From contig CAYYJF010000034.1 of NCBI GenBank assembly GCA_964472175.1, forward strand, positions 4,503 through 19,719: 15,217 nt of DNA. The letters run 5' to 3'. The translations under genes were made by a program, and so were the position numbers. Under the pieces are notes generated by a model. The model was given only the letters and a program-made list of their open reading frames with translations. It had not been told where the DNA came from and ran no database searches. Positions within the stretch are counted from its first letter, which is position 1. Each line of letters begins with the position of its first letter. This DNA is from an uncultured Bacteroidales bacterium. GTDB lineage: Bacteria; Bacteroidota; Bacteroidia; Bacteroidales; UBA1402. This document shows, piece after piece, positions 1 to 7,865 of this stretch.

Positions 1-14
1 GAATCAATTAATAT

Positions 15-683
15 ATGACACAACTTATTTCCGTTGAAAAGTTCATAAATTCTATTATTTACGAAGAATCCATTCGTCGTAAAACAAGTGGGACAGCAAA
101 GTATTTTATTCCAAATAAATGCGATCTGCAAATTGATATACCTTCCACAAATGATATTAATTTGTTGGGGGATTATGTGGCCATTCCATATACTACCGAC
201 CGTTCGGCGAACGATTATATGAAAATATTCAAGGAGTTTGTAATATACAATAATGCTGACACGAATTATAAAATAAGGACAAATTCAAAATCGTATGAAG
301 ACTCCAAAATAGTATTGTATGAAGACCCCAAAATAATATTCCGTCAATGCGGGTCGATTGTTCCGAATAAGTCTATTATACAGTATTTTTGGTTTAATGC
401 GTATAATTTCCTTACTGGAATGAATAAAAATTTGAAAATAAATATTCCGACGGTGTGTGCGCTATTTTTATTTCGACTGGAAGATTATAGTATGGCTCAT
501 TCATACATTCAATTACAATCGAAGAGTTGGCTTCAATATCACGCCAAAAATATCGATTGTCTTGTAAAGAATAGTATATTTCTGAATAAGTCAATTGCAA
601 TCAAATTTAATTGTAATGGCTCAACCACGAACGTTACATTAACTAGCCAAGATGGTGACGTAAAACTAAATTTCAAAAATTAA
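15..683 (+). CDS. hypothetical protein, tandem paralogue family 1 (copy a)
   Basis: ATG-initiated 222-aa ORF. It shares an N-terminal architecture and a conserved GDYVAI(P/L) block with the adjacent 741-1382 ORF. No recognisable catalytic motif. Confidence 0.6.
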   Translation: MTQLISVEKFINSIIYEESIRRKTSGTAKYFIPNKCDLQIDIPSTNDINLLGDYVAIPYTTDRSANDYMKIFKEFVIYNNADTNYKIRTNSKSYEDSKIVLYEDPKIIFRQCGSIVPNKSIIQYFWFNAYNFLTGMNKNLKINIPTVCALFLFRLEDYSMAHSYIQLQSKSWLQYHAKNIDCLVKNSIFLNKSIAIKFNCNGSTTNVTLTSQDGDVKLNFKN

Positions 684-740
684 TTTTTTGGAGGCATTTG
701 TGACCATCCTGACCGGGGTGACTACAATAAAAAGAAAATT

Positions 741-1382
741 ATGGAAATAATTAATAAATCCATCGTAGATCATATCAATTCTGAGATAGAAAAGGTTAAT
801 CTAAACTCGCCAGAGTATTTATACTGCCCATCGTCAGAAGAGAATGGAACAGTTCTAATCACTAGACAAAAAACGATTAAATTTATTGGTGATTACGTCG
901 CAATCCTTCCAGAACGTCAAGTTGATGAGTTTATTCACAACATATTATGTTTTGATTATGTTAATTCTTTGAGTGATAGTATACTAAGACGAATTATTAG
1001 CCACAAACACGATGCAATTCCGACTAGTCTAATAGTGATGTGTTATTTGGATTATGTTTCATTAATGGGTCCGCGCGTGTCTTGGTTTTCTATAAGGTGG
1101 AAGGGCCCAGTAATAAAGTGTTCAGTTAGTAAATTCGATGAGAAAACAAAATCAATAAAGACATCACATAGAAGTAATATACTTAGAATCATTCCCTGTG
1201 AAGTTTATGATTTGATCCATAAGCATATACGATGCAATCTATCAGATATAGAAGATGAGCGCGTTAAAACATTGGTTGATAACAGCATAGTTTTCACAAA
1301 TCAGCTTCAATTGGAAATACGGTCAACAAATAAAATTCATATTTTTAATTCAGATGTATCAATTGATATGAAAATTAATTAA
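741..1382 (+). CDS. hypothetical protein, tandem paralogue family 1 (copy b)
   Basis: 213-aa ORF, similar length and motif (FIGDYVAILP versus LLGDYVAIPY) to 15-683. It directly follows that ORF on the same strand. Confidence 0.6.
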   Translation: MEIINKSIVDHINSEIEKVNLNSPEYLYCPSSEENGTVLITRQKTIKFIGDYVAILPERQVDEFIHNILCFDYVNSLSDSILRRIISHKHDAIPTSLIVMCYLDYVSLMGPRVSWFSIRWKGPVIKCSVSKFDEKTKSIKTSHRSNILRIIPCEVYDLIHKHIRCNLSDIEDERVKTLVDNSIVFTNQLQLEIRSTNKIHIFNSDVSIDMKIN

Positions 1383-1550
1383 TAAATATTTGATGGCGAG
1401 TTTGCTTGACTTTTTAGTATTCTACCGGAAAGCTTATTAAGCCAGAAAACCCATTCGATTTAAATTTGTTTGATGCCTGCACATCTGGAATTCATGGATT
1501 TCTAAACATTAATTTGGCAAAAAATTACAGATTATAAAGTCAGAAACTTC

Positions 1551-1579
1551 TTGACTTTTTAGCGAACTACGATATAGTT
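1551..1579 (+). promoter_or_regulatory. sigma70-like promoter (TTGACT, 17-nt spacer, ATAGTT) directed toward the tRNA gene
   Basis: TTGACT at 1551-1556, a 17-nt spacer, then ATAGTT at 1574-1579. It lies ~180 nt upstream of the tRNA in an otherwise non-coding 375-nt gap. The 13-nt motif CTTGACTTTTTAG is duplicated at 1405-1417. Confidence 0.4.
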
Positions 1580-1760
1580 ATAAGAAGTTAAGGGTTCTTT
1601 TCATCAAAATTTGAGTTTTCGGTAATCTCTGGCGTTGTTCGGATAAAACACATAATAGAGAGAGCATGAGTATCGTAAGAGATGATGGTGTTGAGAAAAT
1701 ATGGGTGCAGGGAAATGTGTTGTTGACAACAAACCAAAAAACCGACAATCTTTCAATCAT

Positions 1761-1836
1761 GGTCTGATAGCTCAATGGTTAGAGCAGGCGCTTTATAAGC
1801 GTCAGGTTATGGGTTCAACCCCCATTCGGACCACCA
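1761..1836 (+). tRNA. tRNA-Ile, anticodon UAU (reads AUA), 3' CCA encoded
   Basis: Cloverleaf folded by hand. The acceptor stem GGTCTGA/TCGGACC has 7 bp with one G-U pair. The D-arm is GCTC..GAGC. The anticodon stem is GGCGC/GCGTC with loop TTTATAA, giving anticodon TAT at 1794-1796. The variable loop is 5 nt. The T-arm is ATGGG-TTCAACC-CCCAT. The discriminator is A followed by CCA. Confidence 0.8.
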
Positions 1837-1841
1837 ATTTC

Positions 1842-1878
1842 AAAAAACCACCAATAATAAAAATGTTGGTGGTTTTTT
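1842..1878 (+). terminator. rho-independent terminator downstream of the tRNA
   Basis: Perfect 13-bp inverted repeat AAAAAACCACCAA / TTGGTGGTTTTTT with an 11-nt loop. The 3' arm ends in a T-run. Confidence 0.7.
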
Positions 1879-1918
1879 GTTGACTCGATGAATCATCTAT
1901 GATGTAGTTTTGGACATC

Positions 1919-2212
1919 ATGAAACTCTGGCTCGATGATATTAGAACTCCTCCCAACTCCGATTGGATTTGGGCTAAAACGGCGGATGATGCTATCTATC
2001 TAATCCGTACGCAGAAGGTTGATGAAATTTCATTTGATCACGATTTGGGCAATGACATCGGTGGGACGGGCTATTCCGTCGCAATGGAAATTGAGTTCCT
2101 CTGCCATGAGAAAAAAATGAAATGCCCCAAGTGGAAAGTTCATTCGGCAAATCCGGTTGGGGGTTCCAACATCATTATGGCGATGAAGAATGCTGAAAAA
2201 TATTCAATTTAA
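1919..2212 (+). CDS. hypothetical small protein with receiver(CheY)-like acidic motif pattern
   Basis: The ORF track begins at TTG 1910; the first ATG is at 1919 (MKLWLDD...). The pattern W-L-DD near the N-terminus, ISFDHDLG mid-protein, and a later S/T and K are reminiscent of a REC-like fold, but the protein is only ~97 aa. The assignment is tentative. Confidence 0.5.
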   Translation: MKLWLDDIRTPPNSDWIWAKTADDAIYLIRTQKVDEISFDHDLGNDIGGTGYSVAMEIEFLCHEKKMKCPKWKVHSANPVGGSNIIMAMKNAEKYSI

Positions 2213-2215
2213 CCT

Positions 2216-2554
2216 ATGAACGCAATTAAAAAAATCATCTCGTTTCTCTACACCGTTGCGGGTCTGCGATTTGTTGCCAGACTCGTTCGGTTCATGTTCC
2301 GTTTGTACATGGATTTTATTGATCGTGTTCTTATGCACCGTGACGCATTTGGTTTTCTTATTTTAATTGGTGGCATTAGTGTAATTGGTAGCTGGGTTTG
2401 TTGGTCGCTCGACTGGACAATTCCATATAATATGTTATTCTTTATTTTTGAGTTCATTGCTTTTTCGTTCGTTGTTGGCCTCATACGGAAAGTATATGAA
2501 TATATTACAACTGATGAAGATGTGAAGGAATACTTGCGCTCGCTTTGGAAATAA
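2216..2554 (+). CDS. small integral membrane protein
   Basis: 112-aa ORF with two strongly hydrophobic segments (FLILIGGISVIGSWVCW and FFIFEFIAFSFVVGLI). It is translationally coupled to the next gene (TAATATG). Confidence 0.6.
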   Translation: MNAIKKIISFLYTVAGLRFVARLVRFMFRLYMDFIDRVLMHRDAFGFLILIGGISVIGSWVCWSLDWTIPYNMLFFIFEFIAFSFVVGLIRKVYEYITTDEDVKEYLRSLWK

Positions 2555-2555
2555 T

Positions 2556-2975
2556 ATGAAGAAGAAACTCAATTTGCCTTTGGCGGTGTGTTTAGTTCTG
2601 GAAGGCCCATGCGAAACATTCTTGGGAGTAACGCGTAGAAATAATCCAGCTAGCTGGTGCTTCCCCGGCGGTAAGGTTGATAAAGGGGAAACGCCAGAGA
2701 AGGCAATCGTTCGTGAAGTGTTAGAGGAAACTGGGCTACGGATATTCCCAAGTGGCTTAAAGAAAATCCACACTGGATTGGATTCAATTGTAAATCCATA
2801 TCAAGTAATTAGTTTTGTATGTAATGATAATGAATGGTTTAATGACCAAAAACTAATTCAATGTGAGAATGATATTCAAGTTGGGTTTGTTCCTGTAAGT
2901 TATCTGATGAATGGTGAATTTGGGGAGTATAATAGACGCGTGCTAAAAAAATATCACACGTATAAACTTACTTGA
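2556..2975 (+). CDS. Nudix hydrolase
   Basis: Canonical Nudix box GGKVDKGETPEKAIVREVLEETGL (GX5EX7REVXEETG) at residues ~39-62. The 139-aa size is typical of single-domain Nudix pyrophosphatases. Confidence 0.85.
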   Translation: MKKKLNLPLAVCLVLEGPCETFLGVTRRNNPASWCFPGGKVDKGETPEKAIVREVLEETGLRIFPSGLKKIHTGLDSIVNPYQVISFVCNDNEWFNDQKLIQCENDIQVGFVPVSYLMNGEFGEYNRRVLKKYHTYKLT

Positions 2976-3045
2976 CTTGCATACGTAAGTTGTCCTATGG
3001 TTCCATTCTTTCTTATAATATTCGCAAAATAAATGACAAAATCAA

Positions 3046-3537
3046 ATGAAAGTTGTAATTAATAAATGTTATGGTGGGTTTGGGTTAAGTCATCAAGCAG
3101 TAATGGAATATGCCAAACGCAAAGGCATGACTTTGTACGCATACGCACATCCACCAACGGATTGCGGATACGATTGGGATAAATATATTCTAATAGACCA
3201 GACCGTTAATAACGATGATGCGTCGATTATGGCGCCCGATCAACAAGATTCAATTGTTGTGTTAAATGAGTATAGTGGGTATTTTATTCATTGTTATTAT
3301 TATTCGACTAACCGGATTTTAGAAAATGGTACGTTTCCTCCCAAAAGCTATTTTGATTATAACAACATCGAGCGAGACGACCCTGATTTGATTGCTGTTG
3401 TCGAGGAACTTGGAGAAGTTGCAGATGGATTTTGTTCAAAACTAAAAATCGTGGAAATTCCAAATGGAACGGATTGGACAATTTCTGATTATGATGGCAT
3501 GGAATCCGTTCGAGAAACCCATCGCTCTTGGTATTAA
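3046..3537 (+). CDS. hypothetical protein
   Basis: 163-aa ATG ORF with protein-like composition on the coding strand of the rightward block. No motif recognised. Confidence 0.55.
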   Translation: MKVVINKCYGGFGLSHQAVMEYAKRKGMTLYAYAHPPTDCGYDWDKYILIDQTVNNDDASIMAPDQQDSIVVLNEYSGYFIHCYYYSTNRILENGTFPPKSYFDYNNIERDDPDLIAVVEELGEVADGFCSKLKIVEIPNGTDWTISDYDGMESVRETHRSWY

Positions 3538-3635
3538 AAAAACTAAAATGAAATGCGAAGAAATTTATGAAAGTTTGAGGGAAAACAATCTTGGCTGTGA
3601 AGAAAAAGTCTAAATGAATAAGGCAACATAAATAT

Positions 3636-3974
3636 ATGAAACACATTGAAGTATTTACATATACTCCTCAGATTCCAACCGGAACAGCTCGAACGAAGGG
3701 ATACGGAAACACTGTGCATCTATTGGTGATTCTTGCCCCAAATGGATTCAAAACTAGAAATTCAACGCATCATGTTGTATATGATGGTGGATTGTGTCGG
3801 TCCGATTATGGTGGGTTGCGTGGAAAATATCGACGCGAGCGAGAATTGATGTCGCGTGCGCTCATTGAATTTTGCAAATTGTTCCCAACCGAAGAAGATA
3901 AGAATGTTGCATATGAAAATAAAATTGTAATAAAATATGATTCCGTTAATGATTGTTTTTATATAAAGCAGTGA
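3636..3974 (+). CDS. hypothetical protein
   Basis: 112-aa ATG ORF, last gene of the rightward block. It is followed by a non-coding stretch and a terminator hairpin. Confidence 0.5.
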   Translation: MKHIEVFTYTPQIPTGTARTKGYGNTVHLLVILAPNGFKTRNSTHHVVYDGGLCRSDYGGLRGKYRRERELMSRALIEFCKLFPTEEDKNVAYENKIVIKYDSVNDCFYIKQ

Positions 3975-4110
3975 TATTTATAATTGAGTGAGTTATTTGT
4001 GTTTGGCACGCCACAACGATTCACTTGGCAGTTATAATTGGATATTCAATGAGTCCCTTACTCTCATTGAAGAAAGTTCCAACGATTATTGGAGCACTCC
4101 ATAAAAAAGA

Positions 4111-4140
4111 AAAACCCTCATTAACTTGAGGGTTTTTTGT
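4111..4140. terminator. bidirectional rho-independent terminator at the convergence of the + and - gene blocks
   Basis: The stem AAAACCCTCA / TGAGGGTTTT (4111-4120 / 4127-4136) with loop TTAACT is flanked by an A-run upstream and TTTTGTT downstream, so it works on both strands. Confidence 0.65.
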
Positions 4141-4275
4141 TGGGCATTTATGTATATGATATTCTTTTGTGACGGGTATTAGATATGTTTCATTAATCTA
4201 ACCTGTTCACGGATTTATGACTTATTCAGTTTGAATTATGCCAACATATATAAATATCATTTCGAAGAATCAAAC

Positions 4276-4458
4276 TCAACCTTTTTTCGAAAATTCTTCA
4301 ACTTCGGCAATGGAATCATATGGTTTAAAATCAATTTCTCTATCACCGTCAAATAAGACAATAATCCTGTTTGCGGTAATTTCTACTTTCTTAACCGTTA
4401 GCCAATTTCCGGTCGATGACTTTATTTTATCGTATACTTGTAAGTTTTTTGCGAGCAT
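4276..4458 (-). CDS. hypothetical small protein
   Basis: 60-aa ATG ORF on the strand shared by all downstream genes, with balanced charged composition. It overlaps the upstream ORF by 37 nt, so the start is uncertain. Confidence 0.35.
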   Translation of the reverse strand: MLAKNLQVYDKIKSSTGNWLTVKKVEITANRIIVLFDGDREIDFKPYDSIAEVEEFSKKG

Positions 4459-4712
4459 ATAATTATTGAGATATTAATTTTGTTTTGAATAAAAAGTTTT
4501 TTCCGTCGTGGGAAGCCCCCAACACTCCAGCCGGAATCAATAACTGTATCGATAAACACGAAAGAATGCAAGACTTTATCTAATTCAGATTTCGTTTTTA
4601 TTTCAAAATAATATGAGTCTGGGTCATCCACGAATATTAAATCCCTTACTTCTTGGAATGTTAATAGGGCCGGCGATGTAGAACTTTCGGGTCGCATGTT
4701 ATAAATTACCAA
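4422..4712 (-). CDS. hypothetical protein
   Basis: 96-aa ORF; the track start is a non-ATG codon and an internal ATG lies 5 codons in. It has a low-complexity C-terminus. Displayed coordinates in this stretch may be off by one. Confidence 0.4.
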   Translation of the reverse strand: MVIYNMRPESSTSPALLTFQEVRDLIFVDDPDSYYFEIKTKSELDKVLHSFVFIDTVIDSGWSVGGFPRRKKLFIQNKINISIIICSQKTYKYTIK

Positions 4713-5119
4713 TCAAACAATACTTCTGTTCCATTATATATTCCAACGTTATATAAATGAATATCTGCGTCACATGACACTTGCCCTCTTTTTCCTGCCA
4801 ATAAATTAATATATGCTGTTCTACGGCTTTCTGTGTCGGTTTTTACGACCGGTTGCATAACCCATCCATCTCCTAAGAAGATTGTCGGCACTGCTTGTGC
4901 TGGAAGATCGGCTTGTAAGAAGGCTGGCCGTTTGACAATAAAATTTATCATAGGATTCTTAAAAACGAATCGATTCCGTCTAAGTGTTATTTTTTTGAAC
5001 CCAAGTTTTTTTAGGTATTCCTCTATTGTATTGGGTGACACTAAAATGTATTCTACGATGAGTAAAGCGATTTCTGAAAAATTTGTATGTAATGTAGTTG
5101 CATTAGTAAGTGAAATCAT
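4706..5119 (-). CDS. hypothetical protein (N-terminal region weakly VOC/glyoxalase-like)
   Basis: 137-aa ATG ORF. The segment VSPNTIEEYLKKLGFK resembles the N-terminal beta-alpha-beta signature of VOC-family proteins; this is a weak call. Confidence 0.5.
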   Translation of the reverse strand: MISLTNATTLHTNFSEIALLIVEYILVSPNTIEEYLKKLGFKKITLRRNRFVFKNPMINFIVKRPAFLQADLPAQAVPTIFLGDGWVMQPVVKTDTESRRTAYINLLAGKRGQVSCDADIHLYNVGIYNGTEVLFDW

Positions 5120-5131
5120 GTGGAAATAAAA

Positions 5132-5159
5132 AATCGGATATCAATGAGGATATCCGATT
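5132..5159 (-). terminator. rho-independent terminator ending the 5187-7812 operon
   Basis: Perfect 11-bp inverted repeat AATCGGATATC / GATATCCGATT with loop AATGAG. On the minus strand it is followed by TTTTTTATTT. Confidence 0.6.
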
Positions 5160-5186
5160 CTGAGTGAATTGTAAAATTAATATAAC

Positions 5187-6302
5187 TTAGGTATCTTGGT
5201 CAAGATTTTCAATTATATCACTTACCTCGTCCAATAGCTCTTTTTTCGTCTTTGATAATTTATATTCGGCGATCGCAAGCTTGTAATCCATCGATCCCTT
5301 ACCCAAATCGGTAGGCAATACACTATGTTCCCATTCGGCGATAACTTGCCCAATATTCTTTTCAGTAACATTTGGAAAGCTTTTGAGAATATGCCCGCCA
5401 CCAAAATGTTTAGATGCCTTCTGCATCTTATCTCGATTATTTTTGAATGTAGTTAGTTCATCAAGAAGATTGGATTCTGGGAACCACGATTCAATATAAT
5501 CAATTCCAGTAGGGCCAAGAGGAATATCAAATCGAGTTTTTTCTGGAAATTTATTTCTATTATCCTGCATGTATTGATACAATTCGGAAAAGAATGGTCG
5601 GGTTCTGTCTCGTTTTCGATGTTTTGTATTTTCGGAATCAGCTGATAGAAATCTTTGATCGATTCGAATCGATGAAAATAGGAATTCTTTTAACTTCTCA
5701 TATGTTACTGTTTCATCGGTATACAGAAGTTTAATATCATCAGCTACATATCCCAAAAACGATAAAATTCTAATAAAATCCTTACTTAAAAGTATTCTAG
5801 TAATTTCAGTTCCTTTTTCTCTGTAAACATATTCCAACCCATCGATTCCAAATTTTAGGTCGTACACCCTAGCAAGCCTACCAAAAAACATACCAGCGTC
5901 ACCATATGCCATATAGTTGGCTAGATATTCAAATTCCAAATCCGACTCGCATATCGTCACATCACATTGAACTCCATTATATAAAAAGCTAATTGAATTG
6001 AATTGTGTATCGACAAATGACGTGAATTCTTTAATCGCCATTAATTCTCGTTTGGTGTTACTAATGTCGCAGCAGTCTATATACACAATAAAATCAATAT
6101 CCCCAAACGAACATTTATCCGATGGGCATTTAACTAAATTGATGTTACAACAACCGATTGAGTTATGAATAATACGTGAACAACGATTACTAAAATCATC
6201 ATATTCTTCACGAGTCATTCTATTGCCATTTAAAAGTTTTCCTCCCATATAGATAAAAATTAGGTGTTGGTGGTTGGATTGGCAACCAAATAGTTGCTCC
6301 AC
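5187..6302 (-). CDS. nucleotidyltransferase-fold protein (pol-beta-like NTase motif), function unknown
   Basis: The segment CPSDKCSFGDIDFIVYID fits a degenerate h[G/P]S-x5-G-D-h-D-h-h-h NTase signature. The protein is Cys-rich. The track start is GTG at 6302, overlapping the upstream gene by 43 nt. The first ATG at 6248 (MGGKLL...) gives an 11-nt spacer and may be the true start. Confidence 0.55.
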   Translation of the reverse strand: MEQLFGCQSNHQHLIFIYMGGKLLNGNRMTREEYDDFSNRCSRIIHNSIGCCNINLVKCPSDKCSFGDIDFIVYIDCCDISNTKRELMAIKEFTSFVDTQFNSISFLYNGVQCDVTICESDLEFEYLANYMAYGDAGMFFGRLARVYDLKFGIDGLEYVYREKGTEITRILLSKDFIRILSFLGYVADDIKLLYTDETVTYEKLKEFLFSSIRIDQRFLSADSENTKHRKRDRTRPFFSELYQYMQDNRNKFPEKTRFDIPLGPTGIDYIESWFPESNLLDELTTFKNNRDKMQKASKHFGGGHILKSFPNVTEKNIGQVIAEWEHSVLPTDLGKGSMDYKLAIAEYKLSKTKKELLDEVSDIIENLDQDT

Positions 6303-6910
6303 TGCTTTGCCATTGCGTTAGCAATCCCGGAATACGTCTTGCTACGCTCCTTCCACCGAGTTGCACTGGGAGCGAGTTTGTTCTGACCGCTATCTGTTTG
6401 ATTACTCCAGCGGGTGGCAAGCGGTTTTCCGTACAAGTTACGAACAATGCGCCCAGCGACAGGAATCTCGTCCTTGATCAATTTAGGTAGGCCACCTCTC
6501 AACCACAGGCATGTTTTTTTGCTGGCATCATCACCAAATTCATATGGTTGAACGATTTGGTCCGGCTTTCGAATCTTGGTAGAAATAATTCCAACCGGAT
6601 TTTCAATGTATCCCGGAATAGGAAGTTGCATAAGTTCCCGGACCTCTTCCAGAGATTCATTTGTCTTATCCCAACCACGACCGCGATCATTCCAATGAAT
6701 TCCACTCACACAAAGATACGTGCAAGCAGGATGAGATCCAATAAAGTCCCATTTTTGCTTCTTGATAGCTTCTCGCCAGTCACATTGATAGTGAAATGGG
6801 GAATTATCATCTGCCGGAAGCAAATCACATGACCAAGCATTATGTCCCAGCGCCCGAAATGCGTTTCGCACGACACCAGATGACTCGTGAGTAATAAGAA
6901 CGTTAAGCAT
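6260..6910 (-). CDS. small C5-cytosine methyltransferase-like (Dcm-fold) protein
   Basis: SSGVVRNAFRALGH resembles motif I (xGxGG-R-A....G). GSHPACTY resembles the catalytic Pro-Cys motif IV. GYIENPVG resembles the ENV motif VI. At 216 aa it is too short to carry a full target-recognition domain. Confidence 0.55.
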   Translation of the reverse strand: MLNVLITHESSGVVRNAFRALGHNAWSCDLLPADDNSPFHYQCDWREAIKKQKWDFIGSHPACTYLCVSGIHWNDRGRGWDKTNESLEEVRELMQLPIPGYIENPVGIISTKIRKPDQIVQPYEFGDDASKKTCLWLRGGLPKLIKDEIPVAGRIVRNLYGKPLATRWSNQTDSGQNKLAPSATRWKERSKTYSGIANAMAKQWSNYLVANPTTNT

Positions 6911-6915
6911 GAACG

Positions 6916-7335
6916 TTAAATGTTACCAACGGAAAAGAACTTGAACGCGTCCTCGGAAACCAATGAAACCAATCTATCTAAGGTTTCTTTTGACTCGATC
7001 TTTTCATAATGGTCATGCCACTCACCATCCTCGAAATCAAACCCACGAACATGTGAGATTGCACAATTAATTCCACGATTTTGCCACTCCAAGACGCCAT
7101 CCTCGTTTGCAATGGGCATATCTTGGAACCAGATATAATAAGTAACTCCGCCAATGGAAACCGACACGGCATCACTCAGATACTTGTTGATGCCGACGAG
7201 CTTCTTGAAATTTTCATTCCAGCGAGGGGCCGGAACGACGCCTAGAGTTTCGATTGTTAGTTGGATGTCCTGAATCATGAGTACAAGTCTGTTGGTTAAT
7301 TCCGAAATGTCAAGACGCGTTTTAAAATTACACAT
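6916..7335 (-). CDS. hypothetical protein
   Basis: 139-aa ATG ORF. Its ATG directly abuts the TGA of the PRTase gene in the same frame (TGAATG). No motif recognised. Confidence 0.55.
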   Translation of the reverse strand: MCNFKTRLDISELTNRLVLMIQDIQLTIETLGVVPAPRWNENFKKLVGINKYLSDAVSVSIGGVTYYIWFQDMPIANEDGVLEWQNRGINCAISHVRGFDFEDGEWHDHYEKIESKETLDRLVSLVSEDAFKFFSVGNI

Positions 7336-7812
7336 TCAACTCTCAATATTATGACTCTCAATATTATGAAATAGTTTACCATTTATTTCAGAATCAAATA
7401 GTAAATTTGCCGATGGCGTATATAATGAGAGATCATTGCATAGGACCAATCCTACCAATTGCATTCCCTTGGCATCAACCGCCATTTTAATTCGGTTGAA
7501 TGTTTTCCCGCTATCAATTGTGTCATCAACGAATACAACTCGAAGTGGGTGGTCTATCCCGTTTGCGAGCTTTTCCGGTATCTCGACGCTGAATGCAGAA
7601 TGTGTCCTATCAGACTTTTTTCTGACGTACACGATTGGGATTTTGAGCTTCATTGATAGGACCATAGCATTGGCTATTCCGCTGATTCCCGTGCAAATCA
7701 AGGCATCATACTCACCCGCCTTGTCTTTGAGTAATGTCTTTGCATTTTTCAACAAATGCCCATCCTGAAAAGGAGTGCCAGATAATAGTGCTTCCAGATA
7801 TTGAACCGCCAT
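7336..7812 (-). CDS. type I phosphoribosyltransferase (Apt/Hpt/OPRT-like) family protein
   Basis: The PRPP-binding loop VVFVDDTIDSGKT is present (compare VLIVEDIIDSGNT in HGPRT). The upstream element YDALICTGISGIANAMVLSMKLKIPIVYVRKK matches the base-side loop of Apt/OPRT. The protein is 158 aa. Confidence 0.8.
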   Translation of the reverse strand: MAVQYLEALLSGTPFQDGHLLKNAKTLLKDKAGEYDALICTGISGIANAMVLSMKLKIPIVYVRKKSDRTHSAFSVEIPEKLANGIDHPLRVVFVDDTIDSGKTFNRIKMAVDAKGMQLVGLVLCNDLSLYTPSANLLFDSEINGKLFHNIESHNIES

Positions 7813-7865
7813 ACTGCCAATAGTGTGACATATACGAAGACGCGAGTCAAAATATTATAAACGAA

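Noticed and set aside
700-750. GGAGG-GTG-initiated 16-codon upstream ORF overlapping the start of 741-1382
   Set aside because: It is too short to assess, and the SD is probably coincidental or serves the main gene. It is mentioned only because SDs are otherwise scarce.
1720-1732. 13-bp palindrome TTGTTGACAACAA 28 nt upstream of the tRNA
   Set aside because: A 6+6 palindrome is expected to occur a few times by chance in 15 kb of AT-rich DNA, and there is no second copy or flanking signal.
1578-1775. 65-aa minus-strand ORF in the tRNA leader region
   Set aside because: It lies antisense to the promoter-to-tRNA leader, has hydrophobic low-complexity content, and has no start context.
1701-1883. 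60-aa plus-strand ORF
   Set aside because: It overlaps the entire tRNA-Ile gene and its terminator, so it is a read-through artefact of the non-coding tRNA region.
4238-4462. 74-aa plus-strand ORF
   Set aside because: It is mutually exclusive with the minus-strand ORF 4276-4458. It lies downstream of the bidirectional terminator that closes the plus-strand block and inside the continuous minus-strand block.
6220-6832. Several 68-94-aa ORFs (6220-6447 minus, 6499-6705 minus, 6548-6832 plus) inside the MTase-like gene
   Set aside because: They are alternative frames nested in the 6260-6910 ORF, which carries coherent MTase-like motifs. None has independent support.
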